Shown here: positions 10,533 to 22,997 of the stretch, one piece after another | How positions within the stretch are numbered: the first letter of the stretch is position 1 | Layout of the letters: each line of letters begins with the position of its first letter | Source of the DNA: Octopus vulgaris | Lineage: Eukaryota | NCBI GenBank assembly: GCA_951406725.2 | Contig: OX597818.1 | Span: forward strand, 69,378,001 to 69,442,000 | Direction of reading: 5' to 3' | DNA length: 64,000 nucleotides | Position numbers and translations under genes: made by a program | Notes under the pieces: model-generated | What the model saw: only the letters and a program-made list of their open reading frames with translations | What the model was told of the DNA's origin: nothing | Databases searched by the model: none

Positions 10533-11420
10533 TATTACCCCACCCCACCTTGGCGAAGGCAGAGGTATTGTTTTCAGTTGTGTTTGTTTGTTTGTCTGTG
10601 GACAAGAAATCTCAAGAACCACTGGATGGATTTGGATGAAACTTTCAGGGATGTTTGGCCTCATGACTGGCATGAACGGATTAGAATTGGGGATCAATCT
10701 GATACCAGACAAGGATTCTGTATTATTTGTTAGATTTACTTTACTTGATTATGGTCTTCCATTGACTTTCAAAACTCTTTCTCAGTTACCTCCCTTTCGC
10801 TGTTTCCAAAGTCTTATTTTCGTTTCTGTTATTAATTTTACTCACGTTTCTATCTTAGTAGAAACTGATGGATAAAGAAATCAAACTACACAAACAAACG
10901 GCAGCTAAGAAATTAAATAACACGAACACAGTTTTATAATATATATATATTATATATTATACATACATATTAACACTTAACAGTATGCTTATATATATTC
11001 ATACATCTATACATCGATATAAAACAACAGGAATACAAAAGAAAGAGAAGAGAAAAGCAAAGGGTCTCCTGCTATTCATTTAAAAATTCCTGAGTAGAAC
11101 TGATTATTATGACCTCCACCTCGGAAACTATTTAGAATGGTGAATTTGTCAAGTTTGGCTTGTATAAGATAAGGATAAACTATTTATTACTGTTACTAAA
11201 TTTTCTACAGCCGCCTTCGACTACCATTGGGATCGATCAAGTCCTGGACCAGGTGCGTTTGCCTTTCTCCGTCGGTCAGCCGTGCCTGCGCTTTTCGTGG
11301 ATTATTATTCTGGATTATTTTCCTGGTTTTTTACTTAATTTTTGAGAGCAGTTAGGTTCTCTTTTAGTATTCTCATTTGTAGGAGCAGTTGAATTTATTT
11401 CAGATTTTCTAATTTAATCA
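10533..11420 (+). mobile_element. DINE-1/HINE-like non-autonomous element interrupted by a ~580-bp unrelated insertion
   Basis: TTACC...GGCGAAGGCAGAGGTATTGTTTTC, (GTTT)n and GGATGGATTTGGATGAAACTTT are typical of this class. The element appears to resume after an imperfect 14-bp direct repeat (10715-10728 / 11307-11320). Confidence 0.55.
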
Positions 11421-11507
11421 TCCTCACAAAATTATATCTGAACTAAAGAAGACAAGAAATCTTCAGTTGCTGGGAAATCAGTAATGAAACCTGTACTGTA
11501 CATTGAT

Positions 11508-11698
11508 TTCAGATTTTGGCACAAGGCCAGCAATTTCAGGGAAGGATTAAATTGATAACATTAACCCCAGTACACAACTGGTACTTAGTTTATAGACCCT
11601 GAAAGAATGAAAGGTAGAAAGGTTCTGAGCTCAGAATGAAAAGATGGATAAAATTCCATTTAATATTTTTTGCCCAATTCTGCAAGCTCACTGCTTTT
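11508..11698 (-). mobile_element. SINE family B, degenerate
   Basis: ttttggcacaaggccagcaattt...ctggtacttagtttatagaccctgaaagaatgaaagg. Confidence 0.7.
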
Positions 11699-11708
11699 GC
11701 TGTATTTA

Positions 11709-12990
11709 TTGGATTGGCAACTAAGTTCCGACTGTTTTTTTAATTTTGGAATTTATTGTGTTTTAAAATTTTGGAATCTATTTTTTTTTCAAGAATTCTA
11801 TTTTTGAATCATTTTTGAATCTATTTTGTTTCTTTTTTTCTCGTTAATTTTATTTAATTTTTGTTCCTTTTCAGATCATTAAAATGGAATGTCAAGTTAA
11901 GAAAAACGAGCATTTTCGACACCTCCTTCTTTTTGCTTTTAATGAAGGTTCTAAGGCTGCAAAAGCTGCTCACGGCATTTGTGCTATGTATGGAGAGGGT
12001 GCGATAGCTGAAAGAACCACTCGTGATTGGCATGCCAAGTTCAAAAATGGAAATTTTTACCTCAAAGATGCACCTCGTTCTGGTCGTCCAGTTGAGTTTG
12101 GTGAAGAGCAATTAAACCAACTGTTGAACGAAAATTCTCATCAAAGGACAAGGAAACTAGCAGAGAAAATGGAATGCTCCCACACTGTGAGAGAGAAGCA
12201 TCTTCACTCAATGGGAAATGTTCAGAAGTATGGAGCATGGATTCCGCATACTTTAAATGACAATGAGCCACAATCTTCGCTGGTTTGCTTTCTTGTCACC
12301 ACACAACTCGTGGACACAAGCAATGATTTCTTCACTGAATTGTTACTGGCCACAAAAAGTGGTGCCTGTACATTAATATGAAGCAGTGTAAGGAATAGCT
12401 TAGCTCTGGTAAACAAGCGACACCATGCGTGAAACAAGATCTTCATCCATGTAAAACAATGTTGAACGTATGATGGGACTGGGAAGGGATTATCCATTAT
12501 GAATTGCTTGAATGGAACCAATCAGTCAATGCAGAACTCCATGTTCAACAGATGGACTGACTCAACATGGCTATTCAAGAGAAAAGACCTAATCGGCGGC
12601 ATGGAGTTCTTCTGCTCCATGGCAATACCCACCCTCATATCGCCAATATGACCAAGGAAGCCATTCAAATGCATGGCTGAGAAGTGCTGCCACAGCCGCT
12701 GTACTTTCCTGATTTGGCACCAACGGATTTCCACCTCTTTCGATCTCTTTCAAATGCTTTGCTCGGAGTTTCGTTCAATACTGATGCAGAAATGAGAGGT
12801 TGGCTGGATCAATTTTTCGAGTCGAAATCGGGTGATTTCTACCAACGAGGTATTGAAAATCTTGTTGAACGTTGGGAAGAAGTTGTAAACAACAAGGGTG
12901 AATATATTATTGATTAATTATTTATTTTTTATTAAACCTTTTAAAACATTAAAATTTTTAAAAATAGCGGAAACCTAGCTGCCAACCCAA
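11709..12990 (+). mobile_element. Full-length but inactivated mariner (DD34D-type) transposon, 1282 bp
   Basis: TIRs TTGGATTGGCAACTAAGTTCCG / CGGAAACCTAGCTGCCAACCCAA with TA duplication (11707-11708, 12991-12992). Typical mariner size. Confidence 0.93.
11884..12917 (+). pseudogene. Mariner transposase pseudogene
   Basis: HTH N-terminus (HFRHLLLFAF...DAPRSGRP), WIPHTL (WVPHEL motif), YFPDLAPTDFHLFRSL. Split by frameshifts and stops. Confidence 0.92.
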
Positions 12991-13089
12991 TACATCATTA
13001 GAAGAGTTATTAAGTGTTACTAGAGTAAAAAAATCCATTTGTCCCTGTGAAAGTAAGAGCCTAAAACATTTTGTTTATGCCTAAACATG

Positions 13090-14410
13090 CTGGACTCTGC
13101 CTCTACATCTAATCTGCCCCTGTCAAACATTCCCTCATATCATCTTCTCAAAATAGTCACCCCTCCGTCAATCCTCTAACTATGGCACTACTCAGTGACT
13201 GTAATCATTTGAGAGCAGAATCAAAACATATTTCATCACCAATTATTTTGTGCTGCCATTTATATCCTTCTCACCCAAGAACCACTTCCTGTTAATATCT
13301 TTCCTTCATTCTTACACTTGTTCATCCATTACCCCTTTTTTGTGCCTTCCTCTCTCGGTTGTCTCTCTTCTCTACTCTCAGCTATTTCTTAGATCTGTCA
13401 TACCTCATATTCAACACCTTTCATACCTGCTATTATCATCAACCCCCTTTCATATTTACCATTGTTTCCCCACTCACTATAGCCATCCCTAAGTACCCCT
13501 AACCTCTATCTCTTTCACTGTACATCTTTCCCCTACTCTTAAACCTTGCAAATCAACTTCCTACTTTTTAATGTATCAACAGATTTTAGCTTAAAGTGAT
13601 AGTATGTTGTCATCTTAATGTGACAGTCCCATGAAATGGAAGAATGCTTCTGTTATTTAGCCCTAGGAAACATCGTTTCCTGTTGGACTCTGAAATTAGT
13701 CCCTGGATGCTGGCTTTGCTGGGTGGAGGTGCTTGTCTCCACTTTGAAAACATAAGGACACAGGAAACGTGTCAAGTCCAACGGTGTTTCCTAGGGCTAA
13801 ATAACAGTAGCATTCTTCCCTTTTATGGGACTGTCACATTAAGTTGACAACATACCATCACCTTATCTTGCTGCTATTGCATAAATCTCTCTCAGAGATT
13901 TAGAAATGTATTATTTCAGATTTTAGCTTCTCCCCACTTTCTTTCTTTCTGAGCCACTCTTACCTCACCTCACCTCCTGATTACTGATATCTACCACCAA
14001 CTGCAACTTCACCATAGTCCATCCTTCAATACATTCACTCCTACCCCCATCTATTACCCTCTTCTCATACTTTAATGAAATTCCCCTCCTCCCTCTTCTT
14101 AACCTTTGATCCAATGTCCATATGCTGCTATGGCACCACATCACCACCATTTCTATCTTCTTTCAAACTAACCCCACTCAACCTTACATAATGCATGGTA
14201 GCCATGTTTCTCCTCTTATACAAAGACACCTGTGCTTGTACCTCTGTCATCTTTAGTCCCTTAGTATCTGGCATAAAGCCATCTCCCAATCTCAAATACA
14301 TCCTCACTCAACCAAAGGGGATTTCTCTTTTTCTTGTTTTTGTCTTGCAAGTTGCTTGGTGACCTCACTGGTGTTGGTGCCACATAAAAAGCACCCAGTA
14401 CACTACGTTT
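13090..14410 (+). mobile_element. CT-rich 3' UTR remnant of an RTE-clade LINE
   Basis: The end (gtcttgcaagtt.cttggtgacc...tggtgccacataaaaagca) matches the reverse complement of 49790-49850, which lies downstream of an RTE ORF remnant. The left boundary is uncertain. Confidence 0.5.
13593..13916. mobile_element. Foldback/MITE-like insertion with 82-bp inverted arms and a 13-bp flanking direct repeat
   Basis: Arms 13596-13677 and 13780-13861 (6 mismatches). CAGATTTTAGCTT at 13580-13592 and 13917-13929. Confidence 0.75.
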
Positions 14411-14530
14411 GACTGAGGACTGGTGAGCCAGAAGGCTGCACCAGGCTCCAATCTGATCTGACAAGGTTACAACAGCTGGATGCCCTTCCTAACGCCAACC
14501 ATTCCATGAGTGTAGTGGGTGCTTTTTACA
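14405..14530 (-). mobile_element. Repeat family C (RTE-type 3' end) fragment
   Basis: cagctggatgcccttcctaacgccaacca motif, present many times in the window. Confidence 0.8.
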
Positions 14531-14869
14531 GCCCATTAATCATCCATGAACCTATTACTTAAATAACCCCTAAATACAGCAGTGTAACATTATTGGATGA
14601 ACCAATTTTACATATAAGACACGTTTCTGAAAGTGGGTACGTATACATTAAGGACCTGTTGGGACACAGTATTTTGTTGCACCACCATAATACACGACGA
14701 ATTATATTTGACATTTAAAATATTTTTAATATAGAGTAAAAAAATTCCTTTGATTAGCAGAAGTGAAATGTTGACCAACTTGTGGAATTTGAACCTACAT
14801 CTTTTGCAAGCATGAGAGACATTCTATCATTAAACCAAAATATACAAATATACATACGTATATTTGAAG

Positions 14870-15110
14870 ATGGATGGTCTAGTGGTTAGGCCATTGCACT
14901 CACACCCACGAGATCAAGAGTTCAATTCCCTGACCAGGTGATGTATTCTGTTCTTGAGCAAAACACTTCATTTCACATTGCTCCAGTTCACTCAGCTGTG
15001 AATGGTTAACCCTGCAACAGAATACAAGAAAATAGAACAATGTGAAGCGCATTGTGACCAGCAATGTAGAACAGCATCCGATAGTCTAGTCAAGACTGTG
15101 ATACCGTGAT
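14870..15110 (+). mobile_element. tRNA-derived SINE (CORE/V-like domain), degenerate
   Basis: TGGTCTAGTGGTTAGG...GAGTTCAATTCCC head, then ttcttgagcaaaacacttcatttcacattgctcc. Related minus-strand relics near 10390-10490 and 63200-63310. Confidence 0.65.
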
Positions 15111-15228
15111 ATATTTATATTTATACATATAAATACAGGTATATAAAGATAGATAGATATAGATATATACGTACATATACACATATATACACACACACAA
15201 ATATATATATATATACATATATATATAC

Positions 15229-15291
<63 letters not shown>

Positions 15292-15292
<1 letters not shown>

Positions 15293-15516
15293 TTTATTTT
15301 AAGCAGCAGAAAATTCAACAAAATCTGTTACTCTGAGTTTCTCGTTGCCGTTCATCAGACAGTTTTTCAAAAACTGTCTGATGAACGGCAACGAGAAACT
15401 CAGAGTAACAGATTTTGTTGAATTTTCTGCTGCTTAAAATAAAGCATATTACTCTACCACTGGTATTTGAGTACTCTTTTTTCCACCTTGTTTCACATTT
15501 ATGTGTTTACTCCGGT
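15292..15516. mobile_element. Penelope-like terminal-repeat fragment with a perfect inverted duplication, inside (TA)n
   Basis: 15292-15367 is the exact reverse complement of 15369-15444 (1-nt spacer). Contains a hammerhead motif. TA microsatellite on both sides. The Penelope assignment is inferred from the motif and arrangement. Confidence 0.75.
15370..15416 (+). ncRNA. Type I minimal hammerhead ribozyme motif (mirror copy on the minus strand at 15320-15366)
   Basis: Stem I (AAAA)CTGT/ACAG(A)TTTT; core CTGATGA 15378-15384; stem II CG-GCAA-CG; GAAA 15395-15398; stem III ACTC-A-GAGT; predicted cleavage after GUA at 15407. Confidence 0.8.
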
Positions 15517-16130
15517 ATATATATATATGTATATATATACATATATACATATATACACACACACAGATATATATGAAGATTACTTGTCCATAACCCTGTA
15601 TGTTATAAACTTGTTACCAAGTGTGACTCACTTCACCAAGACAAACAGATTTGTTATGTTTCTGTGTTGTTTCATAAGAAATACAGTGATTAGAAGGAAT
15701 TGGGATACATTTCATAAGTGTAAAGACACAATGCATTCGGAGATTTCAAACATGAGTGAATAAACACACAAAATCAATACTTTTCGAAAAAAAATTTATT
15801 TCAAGATGAATTAATATGTCCCAGAATTATTATAATCATCAATTTAACATCCATTTCCTAAAATGAATAAAGATTAAACAAGTGTTTACGAAAGCATGTG
15901 GCTGTATGTTGCCTTGAAAAATAAACTCCTTCTATGAAAATACGCAAAGAGATGTACACACACTGATGTAATAGGGTCTATAAATGCGTATAATTGATTG
16001 AGCAATTTGATTGTTTAAAATATCAGTAGCAGAGAAATCTTGTGATCTGAAGCTGGGAAATATTTCTAAAAGAAAACAAACAAGTTTTCTAAACTTTACT
16101 GATGTATCTGAGAGATAGAATGTAAGAATA

Positions 16131-16213
<83 letters not shown>

Positions 16214-17205
16214 AATTTATACACACACACACATACTGATAGAGAAATTATGTAAGATTTACATGTGCACACATGCATACATTTCTGCATAACAATATAT
16301 ATGCATGCTCACGCGTCTGTGTGTGTGTATGTGTACACACATACATACACATATAGATAGCTATAGATATGTACATACGTATACATATACACACACATAC
16401 ATATATACATTTATTATGTATATATTTATATAATATATATATACATACACATATATATGTGTACATACACACACACACATACATGTATATATGTATATAT
16501 ATAAATATATACATGTGCAGAATTATACATAAATGTACTTGTTAACATAGATAAACAGATGCACGTATATGTGTGTGTACATGTGTGCATGTGTACGTGT
16601 ATACACACGTGCATACATATTTGTATCTGTATACATATATTCCGATGTGTCATCATTGAAAAGGAAGACATTCGTAGAAAAGATTCATTGAACAATTTAT
16701 TTACATCGTTATAGTTCTTTAAAAATCTAATTTCATTGCTATTTCATTTATATAACATTTAACATATTCTGCCAAACAGCTGTCATCGAAAGCACACTTA
16801 AAGTTTGAGCCAGCAGTAATTAAATTTACTTGTTCCGAAAATCACCTTTCCATCAGGCGCCAAAGGCAATATTTCTTGGTTACAATGGAATAGAGCAAAG
16901 TTTAGGAGTTTATTTGGACTCATCAAATATATTGTTAATGAAATTGGTCCATATCAATTCCTAATTGCATTGGTGCATGAAAGAATTACCTTAGGGAGAT
17001 TTAAATATAGACATTATCGATCATGGATCAATTTTTGCCATTTTTGCTCATGTTTTATGCTGCATTAGGCAAATGATTTCGAGGCACAATGAATATTAAT
17101 TATTATCAAATACTTAAGCAGTCACTTTTCATGCTGGTATAGGTAGTATTTGTAAAAAACATAACTTATCTTCATTTGGCTTAATCTTTGAGATTCTTCA
17201 ATAAC

Positions 17206-17555
17206 AGCTTTACTTCAACCGTTTTGATTCAAGCCCTCTTTAAATGATTCCTGGTTCTGTGATACAAAACTTTCCATTTCAAAATGAACTAATTTAAAAC
17301 CTTCTATCGAAATTTCACCAGGGTTATTTTATTATTTTCAGCATTCACTGGAATGAAGTCAGTGTGTTTTAATGTAAATATGGTAACAAACGCCTTAAAG
17401 TGATTACATTAAAACCTTGATCCATCAAAATTTCCTGTTAATCCTTGTTCTAAGAATCAGCTTATAACAAGAAACTTATTTTACTAAATTCTTCATTATT
17501 TTAAAAATTAATTGAAATAGTGAATTTCAAGAGAAATATGATAACAAAAAGGTTA
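17206..17555 (-). mobile_element. piggyBac-type MITE family, degenerate, with internal duplication
   Basis: Ends ...gataacaaaaaggTTAA. Body ttttactaaattcttcattatt is the reverse complement of the 30848 and 60760 copies. Confidence 0.55.
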
Positions 17556-18249
17556 ACATCTAGTTGTTGTGTATTTACTCGAAAGAGATATCAGCTTCGT
17601 CAATTCATGCCATGTTTCATATTTTACAGTTGGCTAAATTTGGCTGCTCTCGGTGGTTATGTGTTTTGGCTGTGGTCTCACTGTGATGCCAGGGATGAGA
17701 TGTGAATGTTCAAACCTTTGGCTGGTAGACCAATGAATGCAATCTTCTAGCAAAATAGGAAAATTTAGACAACCTTGCAAATAAGAAGAAATTGATAATG
17801 TAATTGAAATTATAATTGTAATGATGAGATAATTCAGGTGTGTTGATGAAAGTTCATCTCAAAAACGACAATGGAAAGCATTCTTACCAACATCAATCGG
17901 CCCAGAATAAAATGGTTAATGGAGAATGAGTCCTCCACCCCCTTGCTTGGTGGATCCTGTCAAACCATCCACCCATCCAGCATGGAAGAGGAACCTTAAC
18001 TTAAAGGATGATGATGATATCAACATACTCATATACATGTGTGTGTGTGTGTATGTATATGCATACATACACTCATACATATATATGTATGTGTATATAT
18101 GTGTGTATGTATGTATATATATGTCTTTATGTGTGTGTATATATATATGGCAACTGAAAGACTGAAGATGGAATACACAAGAATTTATTAATCCCAATAA
18201 CTGTTTCCACACACACACATGCACACACACACATATATATACATATATC

Positions 18250-18720
18250 ATCATTATCCTCATCATCGTTTAACATCCATTGTCCATGCTATCATGGGTT
18301 GGAAGGTATGACCAGAGCTGGCAAGCCAGGGGGCTGCACCAGCCTACAGTCTGATACGGCATGGTTTCTATGGCTGGATACCCTTCCTAACATCATCCAC
18401 TCTACAGAGTGTGCTGGGTGCTTTTATGCAGCATGGCACTTTTATGTGACCCTGCTTGGGCACTTTTACATGACACCACATGGGCGCTTTCACGTGTTGC
18501 CACATGGGCAATTTTATGTGGCACTGCATTGGTTTATTTACATGATGCCACATGAACATTTTTACATGTTTCCACATGGATGCTTTTATGCGAGACACCA
18601 CACAGACACTTTTATATGGCACAATCACGAGTGCGTCACACAGCCAGAAGGATCAATCTGAACACTTCTGCTGCAGGGTATGGATCATCTTGAGTATGGC
18701 CAGGCATCAGGCATCGCAAT
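18250..18720 (-). mobile_element. Family C (RTE-type 3' end) with internal 24-bp tandem array
   Basis: (CAT)n-tttaacatcc...ggatacccttcctaac. About 8 diverged 24-bp units (GCACTTTTACATGACACCACATGG-like) at 18436-18625. Confidence 0.75.
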
Positions 18721-19312
18721 CCTTTGTTAATACATATACATATATAGTTATACACACATATATACATAAATACATACACACACTCACACACAACTATAAG
18801 TTTTAACCAGCCATGAAATGTTCTGAAGAGTAGTCTCTCAGTTATGTTACACCACATTTATGTATACGAATCTAAATATACATTTATAAAGATATTTTAT
18901 ATTTGTGTGAAGGATGATCTAATGTCAATTATGTAACTAACATGAATTATGATACATATTATGTGTGTGTGCATGTGTGTGTGTGTGTGTGTGTCTGATC
19001 AGAGAAATTTAAGTTGGTAATTAGATTTTTATTCCATTAGCTTACAGCTGTTTCATAATCTATGTTAATTACACATCTTTTTAATGGTGAAACAAAGTAG
19101 ATAAAACATAAGTAATAGTGTGCAGAATATTAGTTTAAAAATACCCTTGGATGGAGAAATGTCAAACTCTACCCAAGAAACTTGAATCCACATTTTCTGT
19201 GAACATGACAGCCATACTAACCATTATATCAAAGCAAGACTTCAAATTCAACAGTTAGAACAATAGACTTACTTCATATCTCTCAAAGTTTCTAAATTTC
19301 GATTATATACAT

Positions 19313-19344
<32 letters not shown>

Positions 19345-19787
19345 TTAACGTCCAGTGTCCATGCTGGCATGGGTTGGATGGTTTGACTAAGGCTGGCACA
19401 CTAGAAGGCTGCACCAGACTCCAGTCTGATTTGGCATTGTTTTCTACATCTAGATGCCTTTCCTAATCCCAGCCACGTTGAGAGTGTAATGGATGCTTTT
19501 ATGTGCCACTGGCACAGGTGCCATTTGTGTGACACCAGGGTGCTTTTACGTTCCACTGGCACAGGTGCCCTTTGTGTGACACCGGGGTGCTTTTACGTGC
19601 CTCTGGCACAGGTGCCCTTTGTGTGACACCAGGGTGCTTTTACGTGCCTCTGGCACAGGTGCCCTTTGTGTGACACTGGTGTCTGTCATGACTACGATTT
19701 TGCTTGGCTTGATGGGTCTTCTTCTCAAGCACAACATATTGCCAAAGGTCTTAGTCATTGCCTCTGTGTGGCCCAACACTCAAGAGG

Positions 19788-19790
<3 letters not shown>
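19313..19790 (-). mobile_element. Family C (RTE-type 3' end) with 4 x 47-bp tandem array
   Basis: Units start at 19494, 19541, 19588 and 19635 (TGCTTTTACGTGCCTCTGGCACAGGTGCCCTTTGTGTGACACCAGGG). (CAT)n tail at the left. Confidence 0.85.
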
Positions 19791-19838
<48 letters not shown>

Positions 19839-19839
19839 G

Positions 19840-20352
19840 ACAGGCTTCTGTACAGTTTCCATTGATAAACTTTGGTCACAAGGCATTAGTTGTGTTATAG
19901 ATGAAGACACTACGTTAAGTGCCACAGTAGGATTGAACCTAAAACAACATAGGTACAAAGCCAAACTTCATAACTGCACAACACAGCCACAACTGTGCCG
20001 ATCTTCTTTTTATCTTTTACTTGTTTCTGTCATTAGACTGCGGCCATGCTGGGGCACAAAAAACTTTAGTTGAATGAGTTAACCCCCAGTACCTGAGGAA
20101 CAAAAACACACCAACACTAGTCGTGAAATAGTGATGAGGGACAAATACAGACACACACACACACACACACATGCAATTACATATATACATTGGGCTTCTT
20201 CCAGTTTCCCTCTACCAAATTCCCTCACAAGGCTTTGGTTAGCCCAAGGCTATAGTAGAAGACACTTGTCCAAGTTCCCATGCAGTGGGACTGAACCCAG
20301 AACCCTGTGGTTGGTAAGCGAATGTCTTACCATACGGCCACGCTTGTGCCTA
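19840..20352 (-). mobile_element. Two tandem SINE family A copies (older partial 19840-19995; fuller 20005-20352)
   Basis: Reverse-complement matches to 6701-7088. Confidence 0.8.
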
Positions 20353-21299
20353 TATCTAGCTTTTTTCAATGATTGAAATATCATGGGACTTTTTGAAAAC
20401 TGCTTCCTGTTCCCTTCTATGGTTTCAAATGTTGATATTAGTGAGACACCCCCACTGGGCATTCTTCAATGAGTCACACAATTTTTGAAATGCTACATGA
20501 AAACGTCCTTCACAAATTCCATGCCATTTTAAAAAACAGGGTAGCAATGTCCATACATTTTATTTCTGAAATCATAGAAAAAGCCCTAGAGCTTAAATCA
20601 ATTCTACTTTTCATTGCATTTGTTTAAAGGACAATAAATTGAATTAAATAGAATTGAATAAACACAGGATGGGCAAGGGTGGGATGGCTGATTGATTGCT
20701 TCATTTGATTGGTTACCATTATGCCTTGGGTCTGTTCAATTGGAAAACACTGAGGCTGCTTAGCAATAGCAACAACAACTACAAAAACCGCATCAACAGT
20801 AATGATTTTGTTAGTCATATTAATGAACCTGCAAACACAGTCAGTCGATCAGTTGAGTTTCTCAAGTTCAAATCAGGCTTAAAATGCTGCAAATGTGAAA
20901 TCCTTAATTCCGTAATAACACCTAATCAGTTGTGTAACTCTAATTACTAAGTCATTGAACCTTTTCTCAGAGAATGCACTTTAAATTTTATTTTAGCAAA
21001 CACACCCATTCACACAGCTGAACGAATACTGGTCTACGTGTTTCGCTGTTATCACCAACTCTGCACAGATCCTGAGCATTGCTCTGAACATCTCTCCAAG
21101 CCATCTCTTGTACAGAGGCAACAGATGCAAGTGTAAAGGAAATAAAATTTAGTCATATATGAACTGATTAAATAATCAATCTAACCAGAATTAAACGGCA
21201 AGTGACACACAGATTCGAATTATATAGCTGGTTGTTCAGTCCTCAGGCTGTTTGCTTAATGTGTCTATTCATTAGTGCAATCGTTTCAACTAACACTGA

Positions 21300-21880
21300 C
21301 TCACAGACGTGGTTGTGTAATTTAGAAGTTCATTTCACAAGCTCATGGTTGCTGGTTCATTCCTTGGCCAAGTCTCTTCGGGAACCTTGACCTGGAAAAT
21401 GCCTTGTGAAAGAATTTGGAAGATGGAAACTGCAGAAAAAAACTCATTGTCTATCTTGTTGTCTTTTATATGTTTCAGTCATTGGACTGTGGCCATGCTG
21501 GGGCACTGCCTTGAAGAGCTTAATGAAGACAAACCAACCGCAGTACTTATTTTTTAATAGTTTGGTACAAGTTCTCTTGATCTCTTTTTTCTGAGCACAA
21601 AGTTACAGGGATGTAAATAAACCAACACTAATTGACAGTCAATGGTGGAGAACAAACACACTTATACACACACACTAACACACTAACACACACATACACA
21701 CACACAACACACACAAACACATGGCAGGCCTCTTTCAGTGTCCATCTACCAGATTCTTGCACAAACTTTTGGTTAGCTCATGGTTAGAGAAAATATTTGC
21801 CTGAGAAGCTCCAAAGTGGGATCGAACCCAGAATAATATTATTAAGCAGCAAGCTTCTTAACCACTGAGCCATATTCATG
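21300..21880. mobile_element. Inverted SINE family A pair (+ head 21300-21445; - copy 21460-21880)
   Basis: Similarity to 6701-7088 in both orientations. Confidence 0.7.
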
Positions 21881-22589
21881 CCTCCATCATATGTATCCAT
21901 GCATGTTTCTCTGTGTGTGTGTGTATGGAAGACTGTGCATGTGTGTGACAATGCAAATATTTACAACAAGAGATGAGCTCAGCTTCAGATGGTGACGCCA
22001 CAATCTACAGCTGAGTTACAAACTGTGACTTAACAGTTTGTGACTGGGTTACAATTAGACATTTCTATTCACATTTCTTGTTGACAAAAAGTCCATTATC
22101 TCCTTACTTTCTAATTCATTTAGAATTTAACTTCCTTTAATTGCAAAACATTAAAAAAGTTGGTGACAGGGAGATGAGCCAAACCTAAAAATTGGGCCTC
22201 AAATACTTCCCTCTCCAACCTTTATTTAATTCGAAAAACAGGTGTTAAACAAAACGGTTAGAATTTTCTTCACCTTCAAAGTAAGTATTCCATTATTTCA
22301 AATCATTCTGTTGCACTTTTACCAACAGAAACCATTCTTATATTCTAGTTTTCCTTAGAATCTGCTTTTAGACAACAATATTGTATTGGTTCATATTTTA
22401 TTACCGGTGTCATTGTGCACTCATTGTTTTTCAGTTGCACCTAAATTTATTTCTAGAAGAAATACGGTTTATATAGGGCCATGAATAGAAACAGTTTATG
22501 CCTCTTTGAAATGGGTGCACAATAGGATTAGGGTTAGGGTTTTGTCAGTTTCAGATCCATTTGATGGTTCTAGAGAATACAGAGTAACT

Positions 22590-22860
22590 GTTGTTGTTGC
22601 TTGTTATTGTTGTTGTTGTTGTTTAAGATTAGATCAGCCTTAATCAGCCAGACTGCTGAACAAATGTGTTCTGCTTGTGACCATCACATCTTAATTTCAA
22701 ACACTCTATTTCTAGGACTGCATGATCCAAACATGTCCTTTGTTTTTGAAGATTTGATGAATTTTGTGGAAATCTAGCAACTACACTTGGCAGAACAAGA
22801 AGTGGCCTCTCAGAGTTTTCCTTCATTAGGTTTTCAATCCAGTGTAGTCTTCTATGCCTG
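22590..22860 (-). mobile_element. SINE-like family D with (CAA)n tail
   Basis: Related to plus-strand pieces at 23710-23800, 23960-24035 and 31278-31350 (..ggtcatggc..ctttgatcatagg..gacctggggttaaacaac). Confidence 0.5.
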
Positions 22861-22997
22861 ACATCCTGGTAACTGAATGTATTCCAGTGCTTTTGGGTTA
22901 CAAGAATAAGAATCATTCATCCTGTTCCAGACTCCACGGATCCTATGATTTTGTATGGCAAGAAAAGTTCCAAGATTTGGTAATTACATCAATATTC

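Noticed and set aside
19494-19678. Regularly spaced repeats resembling a CRISPR array (also 18436-18625 and 32700-32905)
   Set aside because: Units are head-to-tail with no unique spacers, sit inside a eukaryotic retroelement 3' end, and no cas genes are present.
22527-22540. TTAGGG telomeric repeats (also CCCTAA at about 53085-53099)
   Set aside because: Only about two units, embedded in repeat-like DNA; not an interstitial telomere array.
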